This document shows positions 1-8,742 of a stretch of 64,000 nucleotides of DNA, in pieces. Under the pieces are notes generated by a model. It was not told where the DNA came from, made no database searches, and was given only the letters and a program-made list of their open reading frames with translations. The position numbers were made by a program, and so were the translations under genes. Position 1 is the stretch's first letter. Each line of letters begins with the position of its first letter. This DNA comes from a virus, in the IMG/VR virus record IMGVR_UViG_3300005613_000004, one strand, 5' to 3'.

Positions 1-83
1 AGTTATGATGCCTGCCAATGATGAACTTATACGAATACACACTGAGGATAATAACGAAGCATCATAAGTTTATTATTTTTCTT

Positions 84-171
84 GCTCGTGAGACTTGGTA
101 GTCAGAGTCGTCTTATAAGCGATTTGCACCAGATTAGTGCCTTTGAGATGGTTCGAATCCATCCACGAGTA
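84..171 (+). tRNA. Atypical tRNA, anticodon TAT (Ile, AUA), long variable arm
   Basis: Acceptor GCTCGTG/CACGAGT; T-arm GATGG-TTCGAAT-CCATC; loop CT-TAT-AA at 112-118; V-arm GCAC/GTGC; reduced D-arm. Confidence 0.75.
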
Positions 172-172
172 T

Positions 173-246
173 TAGTGTAGATGTGATGTAAGGAAACACG
201 CCTCTTCGGAGAGTATTGCAGGTATCAAACCCTGTCATCTACACTA
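173..246 (+). ncRNA. tRNA-like structured RNA or pseudo-tRNA
   Basis: 11-bp terminal stem TAGTGTAGATG/CATCTACACTA; T-arm-like GCAGG-TATCAAAC-CCTGT; cUUCGg hairpin where the anticodon arm would be. Confidence 0.5.
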
Positions 247-263
247 TTATACATATACCATTT

Positions 264-271
264 TATAAATA
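264..271 (+). promoter_or_regulatory. T4-type late promoter
   Basis: TATAAATA directly upstream of the HNH ORF. Confidence 0.65.
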
Positions 272-272
272 G

Positions 273-731
273 GTGTATGTATACTTTCATATCACCATAA
301 TGTTTACTACTATTACTACATGTCAAGGTTGTGGATGCGACATTCTAAATGAAAGAGTGACGAAAGGGCGACTAAAAAAATGGTGTAGTAACTCTTGCAG
401 ACAAAAATGGAGGTATAAAAACGATCCTGTAATCAAAGACAGAAACACTTATACCGAACAAAAAGCAAGGGGATATTCCAATAAATGGAAAGCACTTGAA
501 TATAAAGGTGGTAAGTGTCAAACTTGTGGTGAAGATAGACCAGCAACTCTATGCTTTCATCACAGAGACCCGTCAAAAAAATCATTTAATCTTGATGGGA
601 GAACCTTTGCAAATAGGAAGTGGAAATTTGTTAAGGAGGAAGTTGATAAATGCGACCTTCTTTGCCATAACTGCCATCATATGCTACACTATGGGGACAG
701 TTGGGAAGAATTCCTAAACGAGCAGGTTTAG
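273..731 (+). CDS. HNH homing endonuclease with Zn-binding motifs
   Basis: CxxC pairs, CQTCG...LCFHHRDP...CDLLCHNCHHMLH; sits inside the tRNA cluster; start codon uncertain (GTG). Confidence 0.85.
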   Translation: MYVYFHITIMFTTITTCQGCGCDILNERVTKGRLKKWCSNSCRQKWRYKNDPVIKDRNTYTEQKARGYSNKWKALEYKGGKCQTCGEDRPATLCFHHRDPSKKSFNLDGRTFANRKWKFVKEEVDKCDLLCHNCHHMLHYGDSWEEFLNEQV

Positions 732-795
732 CAATCTGGTTGAATGCTCGGAACTCATAATTCCGCGAAGGGGAGTTCGATCCTCCCAACCTGCA
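722..795 (+). tRNA. tRNA with CAT anticodon (elongator Met or Ile2)
   Basis: GCAGGTT/AACCTGC acceptor; CGGAA-CTCATAA-TTCCG anticodon arm; TTCGA T-loop; lacks initiator GGG/CCC. Confidence 0.9.
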
Positions 796-796
796 C

Positions 797-825
797 TTGA
801 CAATCAACACTCTGAGTGTTATGAT
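797..825 (+). promoter_or_regulatory. sigma70-like promoter
   Basis: TTGACA-N17-TATGAT upstream of tRNA-Val. Confidence 0.8.
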
Positions 826-834
826 TGTCTCATC

Positions 835-906
835 GGGTGATTGGCGCAGAGGTAGCGCAGTAGATTTACATTCTATTGGTCACTGGTTCAAATCCAGTAT
901 CACCCA
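835..906 (+). tRNA. trnV: tRNA-Val(TAC)
   Basis: GGGTGAT/ATCACCC acceptor; GTAGA-TTTACAT-TCTAT arm; ACTGG-TTCAAAT-CCAGT. Confidence 0.9.
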
Positions 907-910
907 CCTT

Positions 911-995
911 GCGAGTATGGTGGAATCGGTAGACGCACCAGACTTAAAATCTGTTGACCATCAAGGTCGTGGGAGTTCAAGTCTCCCTACTCGCA
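911..995 (+). tRNA. trnL: tRNA-Leu(TAA)
   Basis: GCGAGTA/TACTCGC acceptor; CT-TAA-AA loop; long V-arm; GGGAG-TTCAAGT-CTCCC. Confidence 0.95.
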
Positions 996-1090
996 CTCAG
1001 GGGAAGGAGTTTGCCCCACTATTAGTAAAGTCACTCTGCGAGAATCGATGATTATATTATAGATTTCTCCTGTGGGTAAGTGGTGTATGT

Positions 1091-1120
1091 AAGGTTTCTG
1101 GTGGTGCGGAAACCTTTTTT
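1091..1120 (+). terminator. Intrinsic terminator after the tRNA cluster
   Basis: AAGGTTTC...GAAACCTT stem followed by a T run. Confidence 0.6.
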
Positions 1121-1151
1121 CTTGGAAATAAATAAGATTAAACATAATGTA

Positions 1152-1460
1152 ATGTCTTATACAGTAAAAACAAAAAATTGTTGGTATAACGATCATCAAG
1201 TTATAGTGAAAATGTTTTTCTTAAATGATATTCCATTTACCTTTGATGATTTACCAGAGGGTTATATGTATGACCACGATATTGTAGAAGAAGCAAATAA
1301 TAATAGGACATATTCTGTAGACGATATTTACAAAGGATCTAACTATCTTATTATGGAATGTTGTCATCCTTGTTTTGATGTCATGGAGATAACAAATCCA
1401 GAAAATTTGCCAGAAGATATTCAGACTTTTTATAATGGGGAAGAAGATTTATTGGGATAA
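1152..1460 (+). CDS. Hypothetical protein
   Basis: ATG at 1152 after an AATAAATA late-type motif; in frame with track ORF 1080..1460. Confidence 0.75.
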   Translation: MSYTVKTKNCWYNDHQVIVKMFFLNDIPFTFDDLPEGYMYDHDIVEEANNNRTYSVDDIYKGSNYLIMECCHPCFDVMEITNPENLPEDIQTFYNGEEDLLG

Positions 1461-1495
1461 ATAAAGCATAAGAAAGTGTAAATGAGGACAGAAAA

Positions 1496-4400
1496 TTGCC
1501 CCTTAACAAGTTAGATAATTTCATCAAAAACACTGAAGGTCGTATTTTATATGTAAGTCCAGCAGATCTGGATGCGACTGATAGTATCGGCAATACAGGA
1601 AATTCACTTGCTCGTCCATTTAAAACCATCCAAAGAGCATTAATTGAATCAGCAAGATTTTCTTATATAAAAGGAAATAATAATGATGAGACTGAAAAAA
1701 CTACGATTCTTTTGATGCCTGGTGAGCACGAAATTGATAATCGTCCAGGATATTTCATTTTTCAGAGTGGGTCAGAAGCTAGAGTAACTTCTCCCGATGG
1801 GACTGTTAATAATGAAAATGCATCAAACTATCTACCACTAACACTCAATTCTAATTTTGATTTAAATCAATCTGATAATGATTTAGTTAAGTTCAATAGT
1901 ATCAATGGTGGAGTAATTGTTCCGAGAGGAACTTCTATTGTTGGTCTTGATTTAAGAAAGACCAAAATTAGACCAAAGTATGTTCCTAATCCCACTGATA
2001 ATACACCAAACTCTGCTATTTTCAGAATTACTGGTGCATGTTACTTATGGCAGTTTTCGATATTTGATGGGAATGAATTTGATACTGTTTATACACAGTA
2101 TGATAGTTCCACAATTAAATCTTCTCCGACATTTTCACATCATAAATTAACTTGTTTTGAATATGCTGATGGTGTTAATAATGTAATTTCAAATAGTGTT
2201 GATCTAAATCTTACTGATTTGGAAATGTATTATGCTAAATTATCCATTGGATATGGTACAGGATCTGGAAATCCTGCAAGAGATATTGATGATAAATTTC
2301 CTAGTGATCCTGAAGGATTTGCTCCACAAAGACCCGAATTTGAAATTGTTGGTGCATTCGGATCTGACTCTTTAACAATCACTGATATTGAATCTGGATC
2401 TGGTGGAGTTCCATCTAATTTGATTACCGTAACTACAGAACTCCCTCATGAATTAAATGCGGGAACACCAATTCGTATTACTGGTGTAAGTGATAATGCA
2501 TATAATATTTCTACAAAAGTAGTTGAAGTCGATGATACAAATAATAATGTATTTTATTATAATATTTTATCTGATCCATCTTTTATTACTCCACAACCAT
2601 CAATTTCTGGAAATGAAAGAGTAACCATTGAAACTGATACAGTTTCTGGTGCATCTCCATATATTTTCAATATCTCTTTGCGTTCTGTATGGGGTATGAA
2701 TGGAATGCATGGAGATGGAAGCAAGGCAACTGGTTTCCGATCAATGGTTGTTGCACAGTTTACTGGAGTATCTTTACAAAAAGACGATAGAGCATTTGTG
2801 AAATATAGTCCATCAAATAGAGATTATAGTGATAATATTGAAATTACACCCACTTTTGGTGCAGATTTATCGGCAGAATCATCTTCTTCTGGTACAGCAT
2901 ATCATTTAGATTCTCAGGCAATTTATAGAAGAGGTTGGGACAATACACATATTAAGGTAACTAATGATGCAATCATGCAGATTGTTTCTGTCTTTGCGAT
3001 TGGATACAATAACCACTTCCTTGTAGACACTGGTGGTGATGCTTCAATTACAAACTCAAACTCTAACTTTGGTCAATTATCTTTAGTATCAAAAGGATTC
3101 AAAAAAGAAGCATTTGAAAAAGATAACAAAGCATATCTCACCCACATCATTCCACCAAGAGCGATTACATCAGAAGAAGAGGATATCGATTGGTTAAGAA
3201 TTGATATTGATAAAACTTTAAGTGTTGCAAACAATACGAGATTATATATTGATGGATTTGAAAATGAATCTATAAAACCACCCATATTAAGTCAAGGATA
3301 TCGTATCGGTGCAGCAGTAAATGATAAACTTTTCTTAGATATTGATGGCACTATAAGATCTGCAAATATTTTGATGTCTAATGCATCTGGTAGTTCCTCA
3401 TTCAGAAAAGTATCAGTAAGTCAACCAAGTTCAAATATATTTACTGCAAATGGACATGGATTTACAAATAGAGAAAAAGTAATTATCATTAGTGATGATG
3501 GAGATTATCCAGAAAACTTAGACACAAATACTGTCTATTATGTAATTTTTGTTGATGCAAATAGATTCAAATTAGCAGGATCTGAACCGGAAGCAGAAAA
3601 TGGTGAAGAAATTACTGTTTATAAAGGCACTAATTTAAGTGTCATTAGTCGTGTCTCTGATAAAGAATCTGGTGATGTGGCACATCCAGTTCAATATGAT
3701 GGAGATCAGTGGTATATCAATACAGATGCAAATAGTGAAATTTATCAAAATCTTACGAGTGGAATATCTGAACCAACATTTGTCAGAAGAATTGAAGACA
3801 ATAGAAGTTTAGATGAAAAGATTTATAAATTAAGAGTTGTTGTACCAAGACAATTTACAAATGGTAAAACTCCAGAAGCAGGATTTATTATTCAAGAATC
3901 TAGTTCTACAGGAGCGGTAGATGCGTCTGAGTTTACGGATACTACTATCACTAGAGATGATGTAGAATTTAAACGCAATCCAAGATTTATTAGTACTTGC
4001 TCTCGTAGTTCTTCTACTGTTACAGTTATCACTGAACTTCCACATAATCTCAATGTTGGAGATTCAGTTCTTATCAAAAATGTAACTGATAGTACTATTA
4101 ATACTGGAGTTGGTACTTTTAATAAGGGATATAATGGAACATACACTGTTTCCACAATTGATGATGATTTGACCTTTAAGTATACTACAACCCAGACACC
4201 GGGTAGTTTTACAAATGATACTTCTGTAAGAGATACTGATCTTCCAAGATTTGAAAGAAATAATTTACAATCAAATCTTTATGTCTATAGAAATGAAATC
4301 ATTAATGAATATGATGATGGACAACAAAGTGGTGTTTATCACATTTATGGATTAAAATCTGATGAAGCAATTGAAACAGAATTTACAAATTTAGAATATA

Positions 4401-7042
4401 GTCAAAATGTCGTTAACCTGTATCCACAACTTGATAGGGATAATGAAGATGACAATCCACTTTCTGCAAACTCTTATGCAAAAAGATCTCCTATTGGTGA
4501 AGTTGTAACTAATGATCTCAAGAAGAGTATTACTAGAGAATCTGTCGATTCTTTAATTACAAATTTTGGAATAGGTCTTGATATTTCTTCTGTCTCCAAT
4601 TCTGCTACAAGTGCAGATATTACATTTACAAGAAGACATGGATTTGCCGGTATTGTAACGGGTAATTATTCAGCACTTACGGCAAATTTTACTCCAGGAA
4701 CTTATCAAAATACAAAAATATTTAATAACTCTGGTTTAACACAATGGAATGGTGCAACAGCTACCATTGTTGTTGCTGGTGGTGGTAATATTAGTAATGT
4801 TACTATTGTTTCCAATGGTTCTGGTTATTCTGCAGGAACTTATTATCTTGATGAAAATATCATTGGCAATGGTAACAATAATCAATTCACTATTACTTCT
4901 TCAGGTATTTCAAGTTCTATAGGAGATGTTATTCAATTTACTGGAGCAGGAAAACCTGATACTTATCATCGTATTACTGCTGTAGGAAGTGATACTCAAA
5001 TTTCTATTGCAAAAACATCTGGTGATCCCACAATAGATAATTCTCAATATGCAATTTTAATTTCTCCAAGTGCTGAAATTGATACAAATACTTATACTTC
5101 AGATATTTCTACAATCACTACTATTTCTCCACACTCATTAAGTGCAGGAAATAGATTTAGAATTATTGATAGTAATAATAATAATCAAGGTGATTTTATT
5201 ATTGAAGAAGTTATTGGTATCAATACATTTACATATAAGTCAACAAATGACCTTGGGGCATTAAGCAATGGATACATTCTAAAGCATGGTCTTTCTGCAA
5301 ATAAAGGAATATCAGATTCTTCTAATGAAAATCTTGATTCAAGATCATTATATTTTTATGATAAAGAAACTCTTACTCTTAATGAATCAGTTACATCATC
5401 TGACACATCATTTAAAGTTTCGAGTGCTGGCATTGGAACTGCATTAAGATTTCCGTTAGGATCTTATATTCAGGTTGGTAGAGAGATTATGAGGGTGTCT
5501 TCCTCCTCATTAGGTGGTATCAATGATGATGAAATTAGTGTTATTCGTGGTGTTTTATCTACAAAAGCAGATTCATATGCGAACGGAGAATTACTTAAAA
5601 AAGTAAATATTCCTGCTATTGAATTCCGCAGACCATCTATCATTCGTGCTTCTGGACATACATTTGAATATCTTGGATATGGTCCTGGTAATTATTCAAC
5701 TGCACTTCCACAAGTACAGGATATTACTTTAACCGAAAGAGAAGAATTTTTAACGCAATCTCAAGAAAGGTCTGGTGGAATTGTTGTTTATACCGGTATG
5801 AATAACAAGGGTGATTTCTTTATCGGAAATCAGAAAAAGTCTTCTGCAACTGGTGAAGAAATTACATTTGATACTCCTATCCCAACAATAACTGGTGAAG
5901 ATCCATCAAGATTGAGTGCAGTTTTTGATGAAGTTACAATTAAGGAAAGATTAGTTGTAGAAGGTGGTTCTTCCAATCAAGTTCTTTCACAATTTGAAGG
6001 ACCTGTTAATTTTAGTTCAGAAGTGAGATTTTCTGATAATGTTAGAATTGTTGAAACTGAAGATTCTACAAGTTCAACATCAGGAGCACTTATAGTTTCT
6101 GGTGGTGTTGGTATTGGCAAAACACTTAATGTCGAAGGAAAAGCAAACATTGGAAACATAGGAATTGATACAAACACTATCAGTTCAACTAATACTAATG
6201 GAGACATCAATATTGATCCTATTGGTACGGGTGAAGTTAATATTTCCTCTAATACATCAATTACTGGAATTTTAAATATCGACAATGTACGTATTGATGG
6301 TAATACCATTGACGTAACGAACACTAATGGTGATTTAAATCTTAGTGGAAATGGAAGTGGTTCTGTTAATGTAACTAGTGACTTAGATATCACTGGTAGT
6401 TTGAATGTAACTAGTGACTTAGATATCACTGGGAATTTGGGTATAGGTGGTTCGGCTACAATAGGGAACGATAGAGACACGGATACTCACACAGTCAATG
6501 GTTCTTTTACTATCAATGGTCGTGGTAGTGGATTTGTAGTAATGGGACAGGATACTAATGGTGGTTCAATAGAAATTTTAAGATCAAGTGGATCTTTTAT
6601 AGACCTTAAAAGGTCCGAAAATGAAGATTATAATGTTAGATTAGATAATTTTACAAGTAGAGAACTAAAAATTAGTGCTGAAGGAAGTAATACTGCAGAA
6701 TTAAAAGTTACTGGAGATATTACTGCCTTTGCTTCTGATGAAAGATTAAAAACTGATATTAAACCTATAGAAAATGCTCTTACTAAGACATTATCTTTGA
6801 ATGGATTTACATATAAGTTTAATGAAATTGGTGAGAAACTCGGTTTTAACTCAAATATTACTTATTCTGGTGTATCTGCACAAGAAGTTCAGAAAGTGTT
6901 GCCTGAAGTAGTTAAACCGGCTCCTGTTGATGAGAATTACATTACAGTTCAATATGATAAAGTTATTCCACTCCTAATAGAAGCAATCAAGGAACTCTCT
7001 AATAAAGTAGAAAGACTTGAGAGGCAGTTGGAAGATAAATAA
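1496..7042 (+). CDS. Large tail fibre/virion protein with C-terminal intramolecular chaperone (peptidase S74-like)
   Basis: 1848 aa; MPLNKLDNFIKN N-terminus typical of cyanomyovirus fibres; SDERLKTDIKPIEN...coiled-coil C-terminus; TTG start after GAGGA. Confidence 0.85.
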   Translation: MPLNKLDNFIKNTEGRILYVSPADLDATDSIGNTGNSLARPFKTIQRALIESARFSYIKGNNNDETEKTTILLMPGEHEIDNRPGYFIFQSGSEARVTSPDGTVNNENASNYLPLTLNSNFDLNQSDNDLVKFNSINGGVIVPRGTSIVGLDLRKTKIRPKYVPNPTDNTPNSAIFRITGACYLWQFSIFDGNEFDTVYTQYDSSTIKSSPTFSHHKLTCFEYADGVNNVISNSVDLNLTDLEMYYAKLSIGYGTGSGNPARDIDDKFPSDPEGFAPQRPEFEIVGAFGSDSLTITDIESGSGGVPSNLITVTTELPHELNAGTPIRITGVSDNAYNISTKVVEVDDTNNNVFYYNILSDPSFITPQPSISGNERVTIETDTVSGASPYIFNISLRSVWGMNGMHGDGSKATGFRSMVVAQFTGVSLQKDDRAFVKYSPSNRDYSDNIEITPTFGADLSAESSSSGTAYHLDSQAIYRRGWDNTHIKVTNDAIMQIVSVFAIGYNNHFLVDTGGDASITNSNSNFGQLSLVSKGFKKEAFEKDNKAYLTHIIPPRAITSEEEDIDWLRIDIDKTLSVANNTRLYIDGFENESIKPPILSQGYRIGAAVNDKLFLDIDGTIRSANILMSNASGSSSFRKVSVSQPSSNIFTANGHGFTNREKVIIISDDGDYPENLDTNTVYYVIFVDANRFKLAGSEPEAENGEEITVYKGTNLSVISRVSDKESGDVAHPVQYDGDQWYINTDANSEIYQNLTSGISEPTFVRRIEDNRSLDEKIYKLRVVVPRQFTNGKTPEAGFIIQESSSTGAVDASEFTDTTITRDDVEFKRNPRFISTCSRSSSTVTVITELPHNLNVGDSVLIKNVTDSTINTGVGTFNKGYNGTYTVSTIDDDLTFKYTTTQTPGSFTNDTSVRDTDLPRFERNNLQSNLYVYRNEIINEYDDGQQSGVYHIYGLKSDEAIETEFTNLEYSQNVVNLYPQLDRDNEDDNPLSANSYAKRSPIGEVVTNDLKKSITRESVDSLITNFGIGLDISSVSNSATSADITFTRRHGFAGIVTGNYSALTANFTPGTYQNTKIFNNSGLTQWNGATATIVVAGGGNISNVTIVSNGSGYSAGTYYLDENIIGNGNNNQFTITSSGISSSIGDVIQFTGAGKPDTYHRITAVGSDTQISIAKTSGDPTIDNSQYAILISPSAEIDTNTYTSDISTITTISPHSLSAGNRFRIIDSNNNNQGDFIIEEVIGINTFTYKSTNDLGALSNGYILKHGLSANKGISDSSNENLDSRSLYFYDKETLTLNESVTSSDTSFKVSSAGIGTALRFPLGSYIQVGREIMRVSSSSLGGINDDEISVIRGVLSTKADSYANGELLKKVNIPAIEFRRPSIIRASGHTFEYLGYGPGNYSTALPQVQDITLTEREEFLTQSQERSGGIVVYTGMNNKGDFFIGNQKKSSATGEEITFDTPIPTITGEDPSRLSAVFDEVTIKERLVVEGGSSNQVLSQFEGPVNFSSEVRFSDNVRIVETEDSTSSTSGALIVSGGVGIGKTLNVEGKANIGNIGIDTNTISSTNTNGDINIDPIGTGEVNISSNTSITGILNIDNVRIDGNTIDVTNTNGDLNLSGNGSGSVNVTSDLDITGSLNVTSDLDITGNLGIGGSATIGNDRDTDTHTVNGSFTINGRGSGFVVMGQDTNGGSIEILRSSGSFIDLKRSENEDYNVRLDNFTSRELKISAEGSNTAELKVTGDITAFASDERLKTDIKPIENALTKTLSLNGFTYKFNEIGEKLGFNSNITYSGVSAQEVQKVLPEVVKPAPVDENYITVQYDKVIPLLIEAIKELSNKVERLERQLEDK
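6368..6432 (+). repeat. 36-bp-period intragenic duplication (NVTSDLDITG x2)
   Basis: Identical 29-mer AATGTAACTAGTGACTTAGATATCACTGG at 6368 and 6404. Confidence 0.95.
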
Positions 7043-7058
7043 CTAAAAAGTATATAAT

Positions 7059-8738
7059 ATGGCAAATATACGAAAGTCATTTAATTTTAAATCTGGACTT
7101 CAAGTTGATAGTAATAATTTCGTAGTTAATTCAAATGGTTTAGTAGGAATTGGCACTTCAATTCCCACAACATATCTTTTAAATGTTTATGGTGATATAA
7201 GATCTACTGGAATAGTCACATCATCTGAATTATTTACTGGAGTGGGAACTATTACCAATTTATCAGCAACTAATGCAGATATTGGTATTATTACAGCATC
7301 TCAATTACAACTTGGATCTAATGAACTAGTTGATGAATTAATTGGATATGCTCGAACTACTTTTATCACTGATAATTCTGGAATAGGACTACATACAACA
7401 TCAAAACTTGGTATTAATACAACAATAAGTCCCGGAACAACCGATCCAGAGTTTAGTGTTTTTGGTGATGTAAATATCACTGGAATTGTCACTGCCGAGT
7501 CTTTTGATGGAAGTTTGAATGCTACAGATTTAACATCTGGAACTATTGACAATGAGAGATTTCCATCCAATATCAATGTTACTGGAATTATTACTGCTTC
7601 TTCATTTGAAGGTAATTTAACTGGAGATGCAACTGGATTATCAGGAACACCAAACATTACGGTTGGTATAATAACTGCTGAAAGCATTGTTGCCACTGGA
7701 ATTATTACTGGCAGTAGTATTGATGTTAATACTGGTTCTATTACTGGTGGTAGTATTGATGTGAATACCGGTTCTATTACTGGTGGTAGTATTAATGTCA
7801 CTGGAATTATCACTGGTAGTAGTATTGATGTTAACACTGGTTCTATTACTGGTGGTAGTATTGATGTTAGTGGAATTGCAACAGTTTCTACATTGAATTC
7901 TACAAAAATATCCTCATCAAATATTAATGCATCAAGTTACATTGGTATAGGAACTGATGATTCAAATTATGAACAACATATACGTAAAAATGGAAATGCG
8001 ATTTTAAAAATTACAAGTGATGAAAATGAAGCAATTATTGCTATTGGAAGGAGCACATCAACATCAGATGCAAATAATAATAATACTTTAATAAAAGTTG
8101 GAACTGTTGGTGGACTATACCCATACAGCTCTTTTGATTCTTTGAATATCATAAATCAAGGAGATGGCAATTTCAATTCTTATATTGATAGTAATGGAGT
8201 AGACAATTATTTCATGTGGTTACGTGGCACTAATGTTCCATTACTAACATTAACTCGTGATGGAAATCTTGGGATTGGAATTACAAATCCAACACACAAA
8301 TTAAATGTTCAAGGCATTTCTACCTTTACGGGTGATGCACATTTTGATACTAATGTAACCATAGGTAGTTTATTAACTGTTGATTCTATTAATGTTTCTC
8401 AATCTTTAAATGCAGATGTAACTGGAAATTTGACTGGGAATGTAACTGGAAATCTAACAGGTGATGTAAATGGTGATGTATTGGGAATTTCTACATTTAA
8501 TGATATTCAATCTGGTCGTGTCGGTATCGGTACTACACTTCCAAGATGTGCTTTGGATATTCTTGACTCCACTTCAACTAGCAAAGGATTTGTACTCCTA
8601 CCATTTCAAGATACTTCTAATCGAAATGAGATAGGTGCTGGTTCAACTATTGAGGGGTCATTAATATACAATAGAGATAATAACAGATTTGAATATTTTA
8701 ATGGAACTGATTGGGTTGGTTTATCTACGGAGGCATAA
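7059..8738 (+). CDS. Tail fibre-like protein
   Basis: G/T/S/I/N-rich; fibre-type IGIGT motifs; YNRDNNRFEYFNGTDW C-terminus. Confidence 0.75.
   Translation: MANIRKSFNFKSGLQVDSNNFVVNSNGLVGIGTSIPTTYLLNVYGDIRSTGIVTSSELFTGVGTITNLSATNADIGIITASQLQLGSNELVDELIGYARTTFITDNSGIGLHTTSKLGINTTISPGTTDPEFSVFGDVNITGIVTAESFDGSLNATDLTSGTIDNERFPSNINVTGIITASSFEGNLTGDATGLSGTPNITVGIITAESIVATGIITGSSIDVNTGSITGGSIDVNTGSITGGSINVTGIITGSSIDVNTGSITGGSIDVSGIATVSTLNSTKISSSNINASSYIGIGTDDSNYEQHIRKNGNAILKITSDENEAIIAIGRSTSTSDANNNNTLIKVGTVGGLYPYSSFDSLNIINQGDGNFNSYIDSNGVDNYFMWLRGTNVPLLTLTRDGNLGIGITNPTHKLNVQGISTFTGDAHFDTNVTIGSLLTVDSINVSQSLNADVTGNLTGNVTGNLTGDVNGDVLGISTFNDIQSGRVGIGTTLPRCALDILDSTSTSKGFVLLPFQDTSNRNEIGAGSTIEGSLIYNRDNNRFEYFNGTDWVGLSTEA
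7704..7875 (+). repeat. Tandem ITG(G/S)SIDVNTGS coding repeats
   Basis: About five imperfect 33-36 bp units. Confidence 0.9.
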
Positions 8739-8742
8739 TAAA

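Noticed and set aside
1-67. 3' end of an upstream ORF (stop at 65-67)
   Set aside because: Too short and truncated to assign
797-1051. 84-aa ORF (also 496..717 and 987..1199)
   Set aside because: Overlaps clear tRNA genes or better ORFs; starts at a promoter TTG
999-1090. Additional tRNA or ncRNA after tRNA-Leu
   Set aside because: Only a short GGGG/CCCC hairpin; no T-arm or cloverleaf could be built
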